NCBI GenBank assembly: GCA_021613535.1
Contig: CP075495.1
Span: 5,394,001 to 5,458,000, forward strand
DNA: 64,000 bases
Direction: 5' to 3'
Source: Adineta vaga
Lineage: Eukaryota > Animalia > Rotifera
Of this stretch, positions 1 through 15,515 are shown one piece after another. Positions within the stretch are counted from its first letter, which is position 1; each line of letters starts with the position of its first letter. Under the pieces are notes generated by a model that had not been told where the DNA came from, did no database searches, and worked only from the letters and a program-made list of their open reading frames with translations. The position numbers were made by a program, and so were the translations under genes.

Positions 1-524
1 GTTTCTTTCTGAAAAGCAAAGAACAATCTTTTTTCATTTATTTGAAAATTTCGTTCGTATTTACTTGAAGATCACCTTCACCAGTTGCTCCAGTTGCATC
101 ACTTTTAATTGCTTTCTTTTTCTTTTTCTTACGCGTAGCAAGAATATCACCATCATCATCATCATCATCTCCAGCGGCACCACCTGCTGCTTGTTCAGTA
201 TTTTGATTTTCTTGATTCTAAAGATAACACATAACTAATAGAGAAAAACAAAAATTATCATTTCAATTCATACTTCAGATGCTTCAGTAGCAAAAGCAAC
301 ACTTTTACTTTTCTTCTCTTTTGTTGCTGTTGCTGTTTGTTGTTCAGTTGAAGCATTCTCATCACCTTCTTTTTCAGCAGAAGTTGCATCATCTCTTGGT
401 TTCTTCTTCTTCTTCTTTTTACTCAAATCGAATATAGACTAAAGAAATTTTCATTATATATCTTCTGTCTAATTAACATCAATTTGCTACTTACATCATC
501 TGGTGCATCACCTCCGTCAGCCAT
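1..524 (-). CDS. EIF2S2: Translation initiation factor eIF2 beta subunit, N-terminal part (runs off the window edge)
   Basis: Spliced minus-strand reading MADGGDAPDD / SIFDLSKKKKKKKPR... / ...DILATRKKKKKKAIK: acidic N-terminus with poly-lysine boxes typical of eIF2-beta; short GT-AG introns. Confidence 0.75.
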
Positions 525-1381
525 ATTTTGTCTTTAATAATGAAATCGTTTGGTTCGTGTCAATTTCGTTATCGTAATAAATATATATAGAAAAATCAAT
601 TTTTCTGATGTAATACTTTTAAGCAAAGAAGAATTCCTATTGGTCTAAAACAAAAAACCATTGATCTTTATTCCTGACCTCTATACCATAAGAAAATTTC
701 AATATAAAAATAAATAAATTATCTTTTCAAGAAACAAAAATAATAATCAATCAATAAGTACATAAAATAAATTCTATCTTTTGTTTTGAACTTTTTCCTC
801 GAAGATATATATTATTAGCGACGTATGTAGGAAACTAAAACTCTTCGAAAAATCGAATAAAATACAAAAAAAATATTTTTATTTCAATATCAATAGTAAA
901 TATACTTGAAAATCAATGACTAAATAAATTTGTTTATTTTTAATTTGTTGACATCTTGTTTTTTTCAACGTTCTTTCTCCGATTTGTTTGTTTGCTTCTT
1001 CTTCTTCTTCTCTTCTCTACTTCATTCTTAAACACAAAAAAATCAGTTCATCAACAGAAAAAAAAGAACGATATTTCTCTTGGTTTTTCTTTCTTTTTCT
1101 ATACGATACTGTTGTTTTGTACATTTTATTAAGTATTTTTTTCCAGTCAAGTATATCGAAACATACAGGTAGATACATCAAACAAATATATACAAGGAAA
1201 AAAACTGACAAAATCAAATTTACATTTTTGTTCTGTTTAGTTACAAGTTTATTTCATGTGATCATCTTTTTGTATCTCTTCCATACACATCGTGTTGATG
1301 GTGCTTGCTTAAATTATACTTTAATATAATAATATTTATATAAAAAAAACTCGAAGAATTTTGTTTTTTTCCCGTTTCCTA

Positions 1382-4461
<3,080 letters not shown>

Positions 4462-5538
4462 TCCAACAACGGCTCCTCCTTCAATGCACATTTACACACA
4501 TACATACACACACGCAATATAAACGAGTCGATAAAGTCTTTCTTCTCACCAAATCAACAGCGGACGACCCGACCACAATTCACTAGTCAACCATCTCTCG
4601 TTCTCTTTTCTTTTGCATATCTCAGGGTCCGAAAGCTGTGTGTGATGTATTTGTTTCATAATGTGCCTTTTGTGTGCGATAACTCTGTGAGAATAGTCTC
4701 GGATCTCGATTGCGTATATATATATGTGTGTGTGTATGTGTAGATTGTTGACTGATGGGCAATGGCATAGACCGATTACTTATATCTTCCTCTGCACTCT
4801 TTCTTTCTCTTTTTTTCTATCTCTTTCATTTCTTCGTCGCTCTTTCTTTCTTTTCTACTCTATTTTCTTCTTCTTTTTTTTGTTGTTCTACAACGACGAT
4901 CATACATTCGAACGGCAGAAAAAAAGGAAAAAAAGACATCACAAAAAAAAACTTAAAAGTCAAACATCAATCTTCTTGTAAACTAAGTGTAATTTGTTTG
5001 TCTACTTTTTACATATATGCGAAAGATTCAAAAGATAAAAAACTAATGATGATAGAAACAAAAAAAAATGGAAAGTTTTCTTTTTAATCAATCATTTGGA
5101 ATAGAATTATTGTTTATCGAACAGAGGGTTCCAATGGATCATTAGGTTTTTGGTAATATGAGCAAATAAAGACAAAAGATGACTTGATTATGAGGGAAAA
5201 ACACCAGGGTAAAGATTTGCGTTTTTTTGTATTCGGTCGATATATCATTTGTTCCCGCTGTTTGTATCAGCGAAGAGAGAGAGAGAGAGAAAGAATCGAC
5301 ACAACTTTGTTTTTCTCTCTAGCAAAAGAATATGTACTTCTACATTTCGGCCTCTTGCCGTGCTATTTTCTTGTTTTTTTCCGACAACATTCTGTAATAA
5401 TTGAAGACGCGAACGATGCCGTTTTCTCAACGATATCTAGCTCGAAAGGTATCTATCTTAACATAAAAACAGTACTCGATTTTATTTCAATATTTATTTT
5501 TTTGTCACCAGGTTGACAATACCGTTCGAGCAATAAAC

Positions 5539-6395
5539 ATGGGTAATGAAATGTCATTGGTATTGCCACATCTCTATCTCGGTTCATTGAAAGATCGAAC
5601 AAATACTTCATTAATGAAAAAAAATCAAATAAAACGTGTTCTATGCGTTATTGATGTTCCAGATATCGTTATTGATAGAGATGAATATAAACCAACACAT
5701 TTAATGAATATACCAGCAGCTGACATACAAGAACAAGATCTTGCACAATATTTTGAGAAATGTATTGAGTATATTCATCAAGCAAGAACTGAACATGAAA
5801 ATATTCTCGTACATTGGTAAAGACAAACAATGCATGAAGAGAGATGTTTTAATATGCTATTTGTTCGTATTTATAGTTACGCAGGTATATCGAGAAGTGC
5901 AACGATTGTTCTCGCTTATTTAATGACGATTGGAGATTATGATGTTGAAAAAGCTCTTCAGATCGTTAAAGGTGCACGAGGTTTTATACATCCAAATCCA
6001 GGATTTTTATTACAATTAAAAAAATATCATAGTAATGATGTTAGAAAGGTAAAAAAATTCTTTAGGATAAACAATTATAGCATAATATCCTTATAATTTA
6101 ATGAGTTAGAATTGGTATCGTTTGACACGACGTTATCGTACTTATTCATTTGATGATGGTGATCAACATTTTGTCAAAAGTTCCTTAGATATTTATTGGC
6201 AACAATTTGAACCAGCCTTTATTGCTGAACCTGTTTATTGGACAATGTAAACATTTTCTTTTCATTTATATCAAACAAAGATAATAATGGACGTTTTTTT
6301 CTTCTAGACGCAAAGAAGACTCAAAAGAAAGTTCGGTAGTTTCTGACGAACGAAAGATGATCTGTTCGTGTATGAAGAAAACGAACAACGAATGA
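5539..6395 (+). CDS. Atypical dual-specificity phosphatase, DUSP22/DUSP15-like, 4 exons
   Basis: MGNEMSLVLPHLYLGS N-terminus; splicing out 5817-5876 restores HCYAGISRSAT; AYLM and PNPGFLLQL motifs. Confidence 0.9.
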
Positions 6396-6920
6396 TCAAT
6401 AGTAATATATCATCTCGGTAACAACCGTTATCATCAAATGAACTGAAGATTTATTCAATCGAACGAAATACATCCTCAAGTATTTTGTTTTATTTCAATG
6501 TTCCTTTTTCTTTCTTCTTGATTAATATAAATATATGTACATTCACTATTATTTTTTCATATTCGACGAAAAAAAACTAGCACGATCGATAACGATTAAA
6601 TTTTATCAAACTTCTAAGAGATTGAAATAGTAATAAAACCGTTTAGAATTGTCATATGTTTGATGAAATAAAACAAAATAACGAGTCAGCTCTAAAATGA
6701 TAATATTTTCGTTACTATCTTCCTTCTCTTTCTTTTTTCGCGTTTATGTCAATATAAGATACCTTTATGATACCGAATTGTCATCAGTTGTAAGGTGACA
6801 CATATGAAGAAAAAGTCGTTCGTTATTTAGTTTGAATAAGAAATAGAAAAAGAAACGAAGAAATAGACGTAGGATAAAAAAGACTTCAAGTTCGAATATC
6901 AACTAGTAGACACATTTATC

Positions 6921-7568
6921 ATGCATTTATTACATCAACAACAAAACTTGTTGTTCTTCTTCTTACTTTTCGTTTTCGTTGCATTAACGATCTCGGTTCC
7001 TATTAAAGAAAATCTTCAAAATATTCGTTGTAATCTACTACATCAAAATTGTACTTTCATACCATCTAATGTATCATCTAATTTATTAATAACGCCAACA
7101 TATTCTCAAAATTCTTCATCAAGGACAACGTCTCGTCAACGCACATCTTCACGAACATTGTCATCAACAAATCGTCAACGTTCGACAACAAAATCTGGTC
7201 CATTATCAGATTTTGATGCTTTCAGTGATAATTTAAAACGTGCAGCTTTAATATTAGCTGGTATTGCACTTGGCCTTGGTATTCTTCGTGTATGTTTAAT
7301 GTTGTGTAAATCTCGTTCTCCCAATCATGCGTTTTCAAGTCGACATTCAGCTACCATTCGACCTCATGTTGCTACAATTGAACAGCATCAATTCAAACCA
7401 GATTTACCCCCAGAATATGCTGAAGCTATATCAAGCTCAGAATATGTTAACAGTTGTAGTAGTAGTAGTAGCGGTGGTAAATTACCATCTTATGATGAAT
7501 TGCCATACGAACAACGACAAGAACAATATGTATATAATAATGATGGATTTATTTCAACACAAATGTAA
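6921..7568 (+). CDS. Single-pass membrane protein with cytosolic PY motifs (WW-domain-binding adaptor-like)
   Basis: Signal peptide, S/T-rich ectodomain, TM AALILAGIALGLGILRVCLMLC, then PPEY and LPSY. Confidence 0.7.
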   Translation: MHLLHQQQNLLFFFLLFVFVALTISVPIKENLQNIRCNLLHQNCTFIPSNVSSNLLITPTYSQNSSSRTTSRQRTSSRTLSSTNRQRSTTKSGPLSDFDAFSDNLKRAALILAGIALGLGILRVCLMLCKSRSPNHAFSSRHSATIRPHVATIEQHQFKPDLPPEYAEAISSSEYVNSCSSSSSGGKLPSYDELPYEQRQEQYVYNNDGFISTQM

Positions 7569-8999
7569 AAATGTCTTCCACTATGTCGATTTTCTTTTTG
7601 CTTCGCTCAAAACGTTTATTTTTTGTTTTAATATGATTTTGCATAAAGATAAATAATCTATTCTTGAATTTATGAATCGAATCACTAACATTTAATTATT
7701 TCAATGCCTATATCTAATTTACCTCGACCTGGAACTTCAGTTGATAGTTTTCGACTAGCGAGAAAGCAATCATAGTGCATCACGTCGAAGTATTATTTTG
7801 TTCGTTTTCATATATTTGTAGATGATCACAAACCTATGGCTAAACTTGAGAGTGTACACTTTTCTTCTTTTCTATTTTAGAAAAGTATTAGAACTTATCT
7901 TAAATGAAAAATAATTTAATAAAGTTGCAAAATATTCAGAGAATGATCAACTAATATAATAAATAATCGGATAAATACGAGATGAAAAAAATGAATCTTT
8001 TTTTTACAGCAGAATAGATGTAGTAGACATGAGTTGTTATAACGAATTTGAAAGTTAACATTCTGCTCAGTTTTGTTGCAATTTTTTAGGTCTTTTAGAA
8101 GAAGACAACAAGCTTTGAGAACTAGAAGTAGACGTTGTAGAATTTTCTTATCGAATGCTGATAGAATGTTAAAAGTTAGTCCTTCTCATTCTATGAAACT
8201 TCTTATCTAAGTATCACCATGAGGTCACTTTGATTTTGACGCTCAGCTAGAAATTTAATAGCTTCTATGTTGATCCTTTAGAGTACTATATTTTATTACC
8301 TTGATTGTGGTTTAACTGCAACTCTTTTTTAATCAGTTATTTATGTAGTATGAGTATAGTCCTCATACGAACTAACCTACACTCTGATCATGTCTAGTCA
8401 CTAATTTCAGATGTTTTGGGCACAGAAGGACGAGTTAAGGGAGGACATACTAAACAAATTATGATCAGAGCTCGAAATGAGAATGACCAGTGTTATTCAT
8501 TTTTGAAGTTCAAATATTACGCCTATTTTAACATATATAAATGAAGAGTCTATAGTTCTTTCCAATAATCTAACACATAATACTTATTTTTAAAATATTT
8601 CATCGCGATTCGAACTCAAAAGTAAATTTTGCATTCTGCTAAAAGCACAGATCACACCGGAATTTTTTCATCTACAAACTTAGGTACAGTGAAGAAACGT
8701 CGAAAATTGTAGATTTTGAAGCACAATCTGCTCAATTTCCGTAAAAACATTATAAACATTTTTATTAAGCACGTCGAAAGTTGTGGCTTATCGCATACAA
8801 TGCTTCAGCTCCACAAAGATTGGGATGATTGTAACTTAAAAAATGTTATCATCCATATAATCGTATGTTTTATTAGTAGTCATTTTAACTAACCAAGACT
8901 ATAGGTCGACTAATATTTTTCCCAGTGTTCTTGTCATACTACATGGTGATCCAAATGAGTTTAGACATAATAATATGCGCGACAAAAACAATTAATATT

Positions 9000-11900
9000 A
9001 TTACTAAATGTGTTACTTTTTATTCATATTTCACTTTCAATCACATAAATCATAACCAATCTGTATTAAAAAGAAGTAATTCTATTGATAATCCAAGCAA
9101 ACCGTCTTTCTTATCACTCACGAAACAACGGACCCACACTTCTCTCCGACCCTACCATATAAGAAACGTCAAAGAGCTACAATAAACCAAACCATTGAGC
9201 TTCAGTCCCGGAAGAAATCTCCACGAGGAACTATAAAATCATTTCAGAGCGGCAGCAATTTCCTAGCACTGTCTCTGAATCAGACAACAAAACAGCTATT
9301 TTTTCCATCAACATTCATTTCATCTGAACAAAATACTAGAAACTGGAGTGCTTCTGTATAGCTAAGCACTCGATATTTCATCAGTAGTCAGGTTGAACAT
9401 CAGATATTCCCTTCCAAAGCACAGAAACTGATATTAACTAACTACATACCGTAAATTTACCTTCACCTTCTCCCATCTCCTTCAATTCTTCATCACAAAC
9501 AGATTTTAAACATATAAGCAGCCAAAAATCCAAAGCTTTCTCTGGATAAATATCGATAAACACATCACAAAATTTTTATTGAACACATGCGCATCCTCAC
9601 TCTATCATCCTCTCACTCACTCACCAATGTTATCCTCACACAAACAACTGATATATTCATGTTTCTCTCTTCTATAAGATCCAAAATTCTCCTTAAATCA
9701 TCCCACACAATATCACATCAGCAATGAACACTACTCAAGAAACTACTATTCACCTCTGCTTCTCACTTCGAACTGAATCTGCACATTCACTCATCTCACA
9801 CAATATCACATCGGCAATGAACACTACTCAAGAAACTACTATTCACCTCTGCTTCTCACTTCGAACTGAATCTGCACATTCACTCATCTCACACAATATC
9901 ACATCAGCAATGAACACTACTCATGACACTACTATTCACCTCTGCTTCTCACTTCGAACTGAATCTGCACATTCACTCATCTCACACAATATCACATCAG
10001 CAATGAACACTACTCAAGAAACTACTATTCACCTCTGCTTCGCACTTCGAACTGAATCTGCACATTCACTCATCTCACACAATATCACATCAGCAATGAA
10101 CACTACTCATAACACTACTATTCACCTCTGCTTCTCACTTCGAACTGAATCTGCACATTCACTCATCTCACACAATATCACATCAGCAATGAACACTACT
10201 CATGACACTACTATTCACCTCTGCTTCTCACTTCGAACTGAATCTGCACATTCACTCATCTCACACAATATCACATCAGCAATGAACACTACTCATGACA
10301 CTACTATTCACCTCTGCTTCTCACTTCGAACTGAATCTGCACATTCACTCATCTCACACAATATCACATCAGCAATGAACACTACTCAAGAAACTACTAT
10401 TCACCTCTGCTTCTCACTTCGAACTGAATCTGCACATTCACTCATCTCACACAATATCACATCGGCAATGAACACTACTCAAGAAACTACTATTCACCTC
10501 TGCTTCTCACTTCGACTGAATCTGCACATTCACTCATCTCACAGAACACTACTCATGACACTACTATTCACCTCTGCTTCTCACTTCGAACTGAATCTGC
10601 ACATTCACTCATCTCACACAATATCACATCAGCAATGAACACTACTCAAGAAACTACTATTCACCTCTGCTTCTCACTTCGAACTGAATCTGCACATTCA
10701 CTCATCTCACACAATATCACATCAGCAATGAACACTACTCATGACACTACTATTCACCTCTGCTTCTCACTTCGAACTGAATCTGCACATTCACTCATCT
10801 CACACAATATCACATCAGCAATGAACACTACTCATGACACTACTATTCACCTCTGCTTCTCACTTCGAACTGAATCTGCACATTCACTCATCTCACACAA
10901 TATCACATCAGCAATGAACACTACTCATGACACTACTATTCACCTCTGCTTCTCACTTCGAACTGAATCTGCACATTCACTCATCTCACACAATATCACA
11001 TCAGCAATGAACACTACTCAGCACACTACTATTCACCTCTGCTTCTCACTTCGAACTGAATCTGCACATTCACTCATCTCACACAATATCACATCAGCAA
11101 TGAACACTACTCATGACACTACTATTCACCTCTGCTTCTCACTTCGAACTGAATCTGCACATTCACTCATCTCACACAATATCACATGGGTGGTGAAATG
11201 TATGAACATCTTGAACCATTTGAATAGTCGCGAAAGAGTGGCAGATATTTTATAATATAAATGTTCGAGCAGGTATACGAGTGACACGTTGATGGAACAG
11301 TATCAATCAGTGCGTTGTTCAAATATTTATTATGCGTTTGAAGTAGATATGGGTAATGTTTTTATGTGTTTTAGTATGGTTAAAGCGAACGCACAAGACG
11401 AAGGCTTTGTTCGGGTATCGGATCGAGCTGTGAATAGAATGGTTAACTTTTTGCAATCTGAATAAACTCTCGGGTAATAGAATTAACTCACGTCGGAAGC
11501 GGTCATAAAATGTGATTTCAAGTATGGGGCGACCGGTTTTTCTGATATATGAAAAGATTCTTTTCGTAACAGAGGTTGAGATGTTTGAATGAATTGGAAC
11601 ACGATAGTTTTGTTCAGTTTTCCTGACTTGCTGGAATTTTAGGTGGTAGATTTTCATAGTTGCATAAGGGCGTGTGTCAGTTGAATAAATTGCATCAGCG
11701 TTATATTGTATTATTACGGGCATAGAGAAGAAGTTTTGATGAGTGTAGGTAAATTAGTGAGAACGTTCCTTATGAATTTATTTCATTGCTGATTTGTTCA
11801 CTTGCCTTACTCATTGAACTAGAAATAGCTCGAAATATTTCGGAGATGAGAGATCTCGTCGTTTTTCACCGATCATATGATAATGACTTTGTTCGATACT

Positions 11901-12300
11901 CTAGTTCGTCGTGTTATCGGGCACATTGAAGTTATGTGTAAGTAGAAGTTTATAAGGTATTTGAAATGAAATGACGTTGCCGATGGATTTATTCAGAAAA
12001 TCTGTTCTATCATGCTGCAGTATTGAATGTTAACTTGTCTTATCGTCTAAGGTCGCACGACAAGTGTATAGGTACTATCTTCTTTCGTCCAATATGTCTG
12101 TTCGAGAATAACACGTATGGGAAGGGCAAAGTTTCAGACAAATACCACTATCAAAATTGTTATAGCAAAGAGTCAAGCACAATTTGTAAAACTACTCAGT
12201 TCGTTTTTATCACTTACACACGTATTTGTGCTTGAAATCCACCGAATACATTGTGAATGACATGCGAAAGGAATCATTATTATTACGGATGTCCTAGACA
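9000..12300. mobile_element. Probable decayed mobile-element sequence flanking the 93-bp array (class uncertain, possibly Penelope/Athena-like)
   Basis: No intact spliced gene, broken reading frames, and strong C/A versus G/T strand skew unlike host intergenic DNA; no catalytic motif recognised. Confidence 0.3.
9698..11187 (+). repeat. 93-bp tandem repeat (minisatellite), about 16 copies, open in one frame (31-aa unit)
   Basis: Unit ATGs at 9724, 9817, 9910 ... 10468, then 10635 ... 11100; 19 nt lost across units 9-10 (1 nt near 10514, 18 nt near 10544). Confidence 0.98.
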
Positions 12301-13913
12301 ACTATCTAGTTCACCTTCACACTAATAGTTGTTCTGGCAGACCGGTACAGCGATGATATTATCAATGAATCATTTCTATCCACGTCCATGTTTGTCGAAG
12401 AATCTCTTCAAGTATAGGACATCCAAAGTGATGAAACTTTGATAAAGATCACCTTATTTACAATCAGTGGTCGCATGAATATTTATAATCTCCAGTTGAT
12501 TTTGTTAACTTATCTCGTTTAATTTATTATTAACTCTTCGTTTTCTTCACTCAATAAGCAATCGTGCAGTATATAAATGACGTAAGAAGTAGTTCAGTTC
12601 CATATTTAGATATATATTGACAATATTGAATTGGTACAGATACGTGTGCTGTTAATGATCGAGTATATAAATAGTTTCTTACCAGTCAGCCATTTGTTCA
12701 TTTTTCGTGTTTGCTTCGAACTGAATTCTCTTGCTACTCTTCTCAGACTAAAATTAGATGAACAAAGAATATTCTCAACGACATTTACCACAACTGGCAC
12801 AAATGCTGTGTTCCAAGCACTTGTTTGGTTCTAAAGACATGTTAAAGTATGAATTAAACAACCGAATCACATCTTAGTAGAACATTTCTCAGGACAACAA
12901 CATTCATGTTTTGAATTTTGCAAACTGCATTATAGACTACTTCTTGGAGGTTTTTAATAACATCGAAACTGAAAAGTCCAAACGACCCTTAGCAATCTGT
13001 TCATGCATCAGATATCCTGTGAGTAGAAACTTTCTCACAATTGAATACTTAAAAATGATAGTATATATGACTGCACAGCACAACAGTTCTGTTCACCTAT
13101 TGTTTTCTGTACGATACAGCTACTGCAAGATGTTATGCTGAGCAGTTGTTGTATAAACAAGGAACAAGCCTTATCAAGCATTTTGTAAGTACCAGGTGTA
13201 GCAAATTGTTGATCTTCTAAATGAAAGTTGTAAATATTCTTCATGTTTATCAACTATAAATAAAATGTTCGTTTTCATACATATGAATTGTATGAATTTC
13301 TTGAAATCTGTAAGATGCGGAATTGTGAAACATTTTGTTATCATTTACAAGAATAATATCTTATAAGAGGTCAAAACTTTCTATGTATTATAATCACTAG
13401 AATTTCATTATACTTTAATTGGCAGATAAAAACTGATGTGTAGTAATTAGTAGCTCAATTTTAATCGAATATCCTCTTCGAAAAACAATTAAAAAAATGG
13501 CACAAAGCTGATGAAAATGACATGTAGGCAGCGTAGTGTAACTATCTAGCATTCGATACATAAGATTTGAGTACTAAAAGAAACTCTATTCTTTTAGATG
13601 ATGTATCAAAATGTATCAATAACTCTCTGTGAAGTTTCAGACATTATTTACTTGTAGATTTAGCTCTCGCTACTCAAATTTCTTCTTATAAACTGAAGAA
13701 CATAGAATTTTAAAGAATAGAACTTTGACTAGAGAAAATACCTGACGGATTGGAAATACGGAACTATGACTTTTTATTAAACTCCATACGACACCTTTTA
13801 TATAAAAAAGAAATTTCAATTTTTATTGTAATCAGAGTCCTTATTTCTTAAATAGTATTCTACTTTTCAGATATCAGTACTTTGAAGATCAAAGATAAAT
13901 ATTTCCTGAAACT

Positions 13914-15055
13914 TCAATATGGATGCATTGAATAGCATCTTCCTTTTTTTTGGATTTCTTTCCAATATCTTATCTGTGTATTCGCATTGTGTAGTGACAT
14001 ACCCGATTTTACGCTATATTTCGTAGTTTCTTTTTTTATTGTTGTTGGTGCTACTTTGTTTGTATAGCTTGTACTGTCTTTTTTGTTATCGACTTTGGAT
14101 GGTACTGGAATAACAATCGTTTCTGGTTGATCTTTTGATTTGAAATAGGATGAATCTAAATTACAAATAAGTAAAAACGTAGTAATTATCGAAATTTACT
14201 TCTAACTAGAAGATTCCTATTCCTCACTGAATAGCAGTACAGTACACAATACTCACCAACTTCAGTTTGCTTTTTTGAACTTTCTGATTTTGCAGTGGCA
14301 GTAGAAGAAGCTGCTCCTTTCCATGGCTCTTCTAGAAGTTCGAAAGGTGGTTGTATTTGTTTAAGTTGAATAATGATTAAATCAGGATCTTTTTTCGATG
14401 GTTGCAAATGACTTTCGACAAGAAACTGACTGCCAGGTAAAATAAGTATTTCGTCTTCATCTTCAAACGAAGAATGTCCACGAATTTTCCGTGCATTAAA
14501 ACATTTAATACTAAACATGGTTCGTTTGCCTTCTTGACCAAGAAAGAGTTCCGATTGAAGAACTGCTACGGATCCTGTACAACTTGAAAAACCCCACCAT
14601 GTGATTGTCTTGCCCACTTCATAATCATTCCGTAAATCATGTGGAACTCCTCGCCAAACTGTCTCGGTACATGATGGTAGTTTAAAAAGTGCTGTTAAGA
14701 AGAGCTTCATATATGATAACCATGGTTTTAACAGTTTATTACGATTTTTTGATCGTAAAACAGAATTCAAAGCGACGTACAGACATTGATTATTGGGTGA
14801 CCATTCAGTAGTATAGAGAAAGATTGCAGCCGATTCATCCTCATTCAAACCATCCTTACATGTATCGCAATTACCTTTAGCGATGTATGCACGTCGACGC
14901 ACATCAGGACAGACGTCTACGATACATTCGACGGCCTCTTCAAGGGTAACCAATGGAAGAGATTGGTAACCTTCAATAGGCTGAAGAAGATTACGTGGTT
15001 CATCAACAACATCAGCAAAACGATCGAGACGAGTTGTATGACTAGCTGTTGCCAT
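13914..15055 (-). CDS. ART-family (arginine-specific type) ADP-ribosyltransferase, probably 2 exons
   Basis: DESAAIFLYT, LNSVLR, VWRG, WWGFSSCT, FEDEDEILILPG give the R-S-ExE triad; donor GTGAGT near 14255; 3' end approximate. Confidence 0.88.
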
Positions 15056-15515
15056 ATTACGTTTTGAATTCAAGATACTGAATTTACTTTATCGATGTTT
15101 TTTTCTTTCTTTGTATTCCTACAACAAAAACAAATCGTTGCCACGTTCTTCGATGCTTTTCGTCTTTGTTGAAGCGAAGCAGTAATGGGAAAAAACCATC
15201 ACGGATAAAGTTTTCGAAACAATTGTAGATGTCTCTAGTCTACAATCATGAATGTGGGAATTAGAATGCCTTAAAAGGAACGCATTTAAATAAAATATTC
15301 ATTTTCATATTGAAGACTTCTAGAATTTTATCAAAATTATTAATGAATAAATCAAGCAAATTGAAATATGATTACTATGATTTTCATTGGCTTTTACCAT
15401 TTCAATGAACCATCCAATCCGATATCAGTTGTATCATATTATTCCATCATCGTCTTTTTCTACAGCAAAAAGAAATAGAAATTCATTGATCAATATGTAA
15501 AAACAATTAGTTCTT

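Noticed and set aside
988-1329. Short hydrophobic ORFs (also 4724-5516, 47274-48743, 60530-61001, 63207-63419)
   Set aside because: F/L/K-rich translations of AT-rich UTR or intergenic DNA with no motifs
9698-11187. CRISPR array or true TAL effector
   Set aside because: There are no unique spacers and no cas genes, the context is eukaryotic, and the unit has no similarity to the TALE 34-aa consensus
9698-11187. Hammerhead ribozyme repeats as in Terminon elements
   Set aside because: The minus strand has CTGATGTGA rather than CTGANGA, and I could not build the core with GAAA and stems
12600-13260. Transposase or gene fragment on the minus strand (similar broken frames at about 8640-8870)
   Set aside because: Coding-like but interrupted, and no family motif could be recognised with confidence
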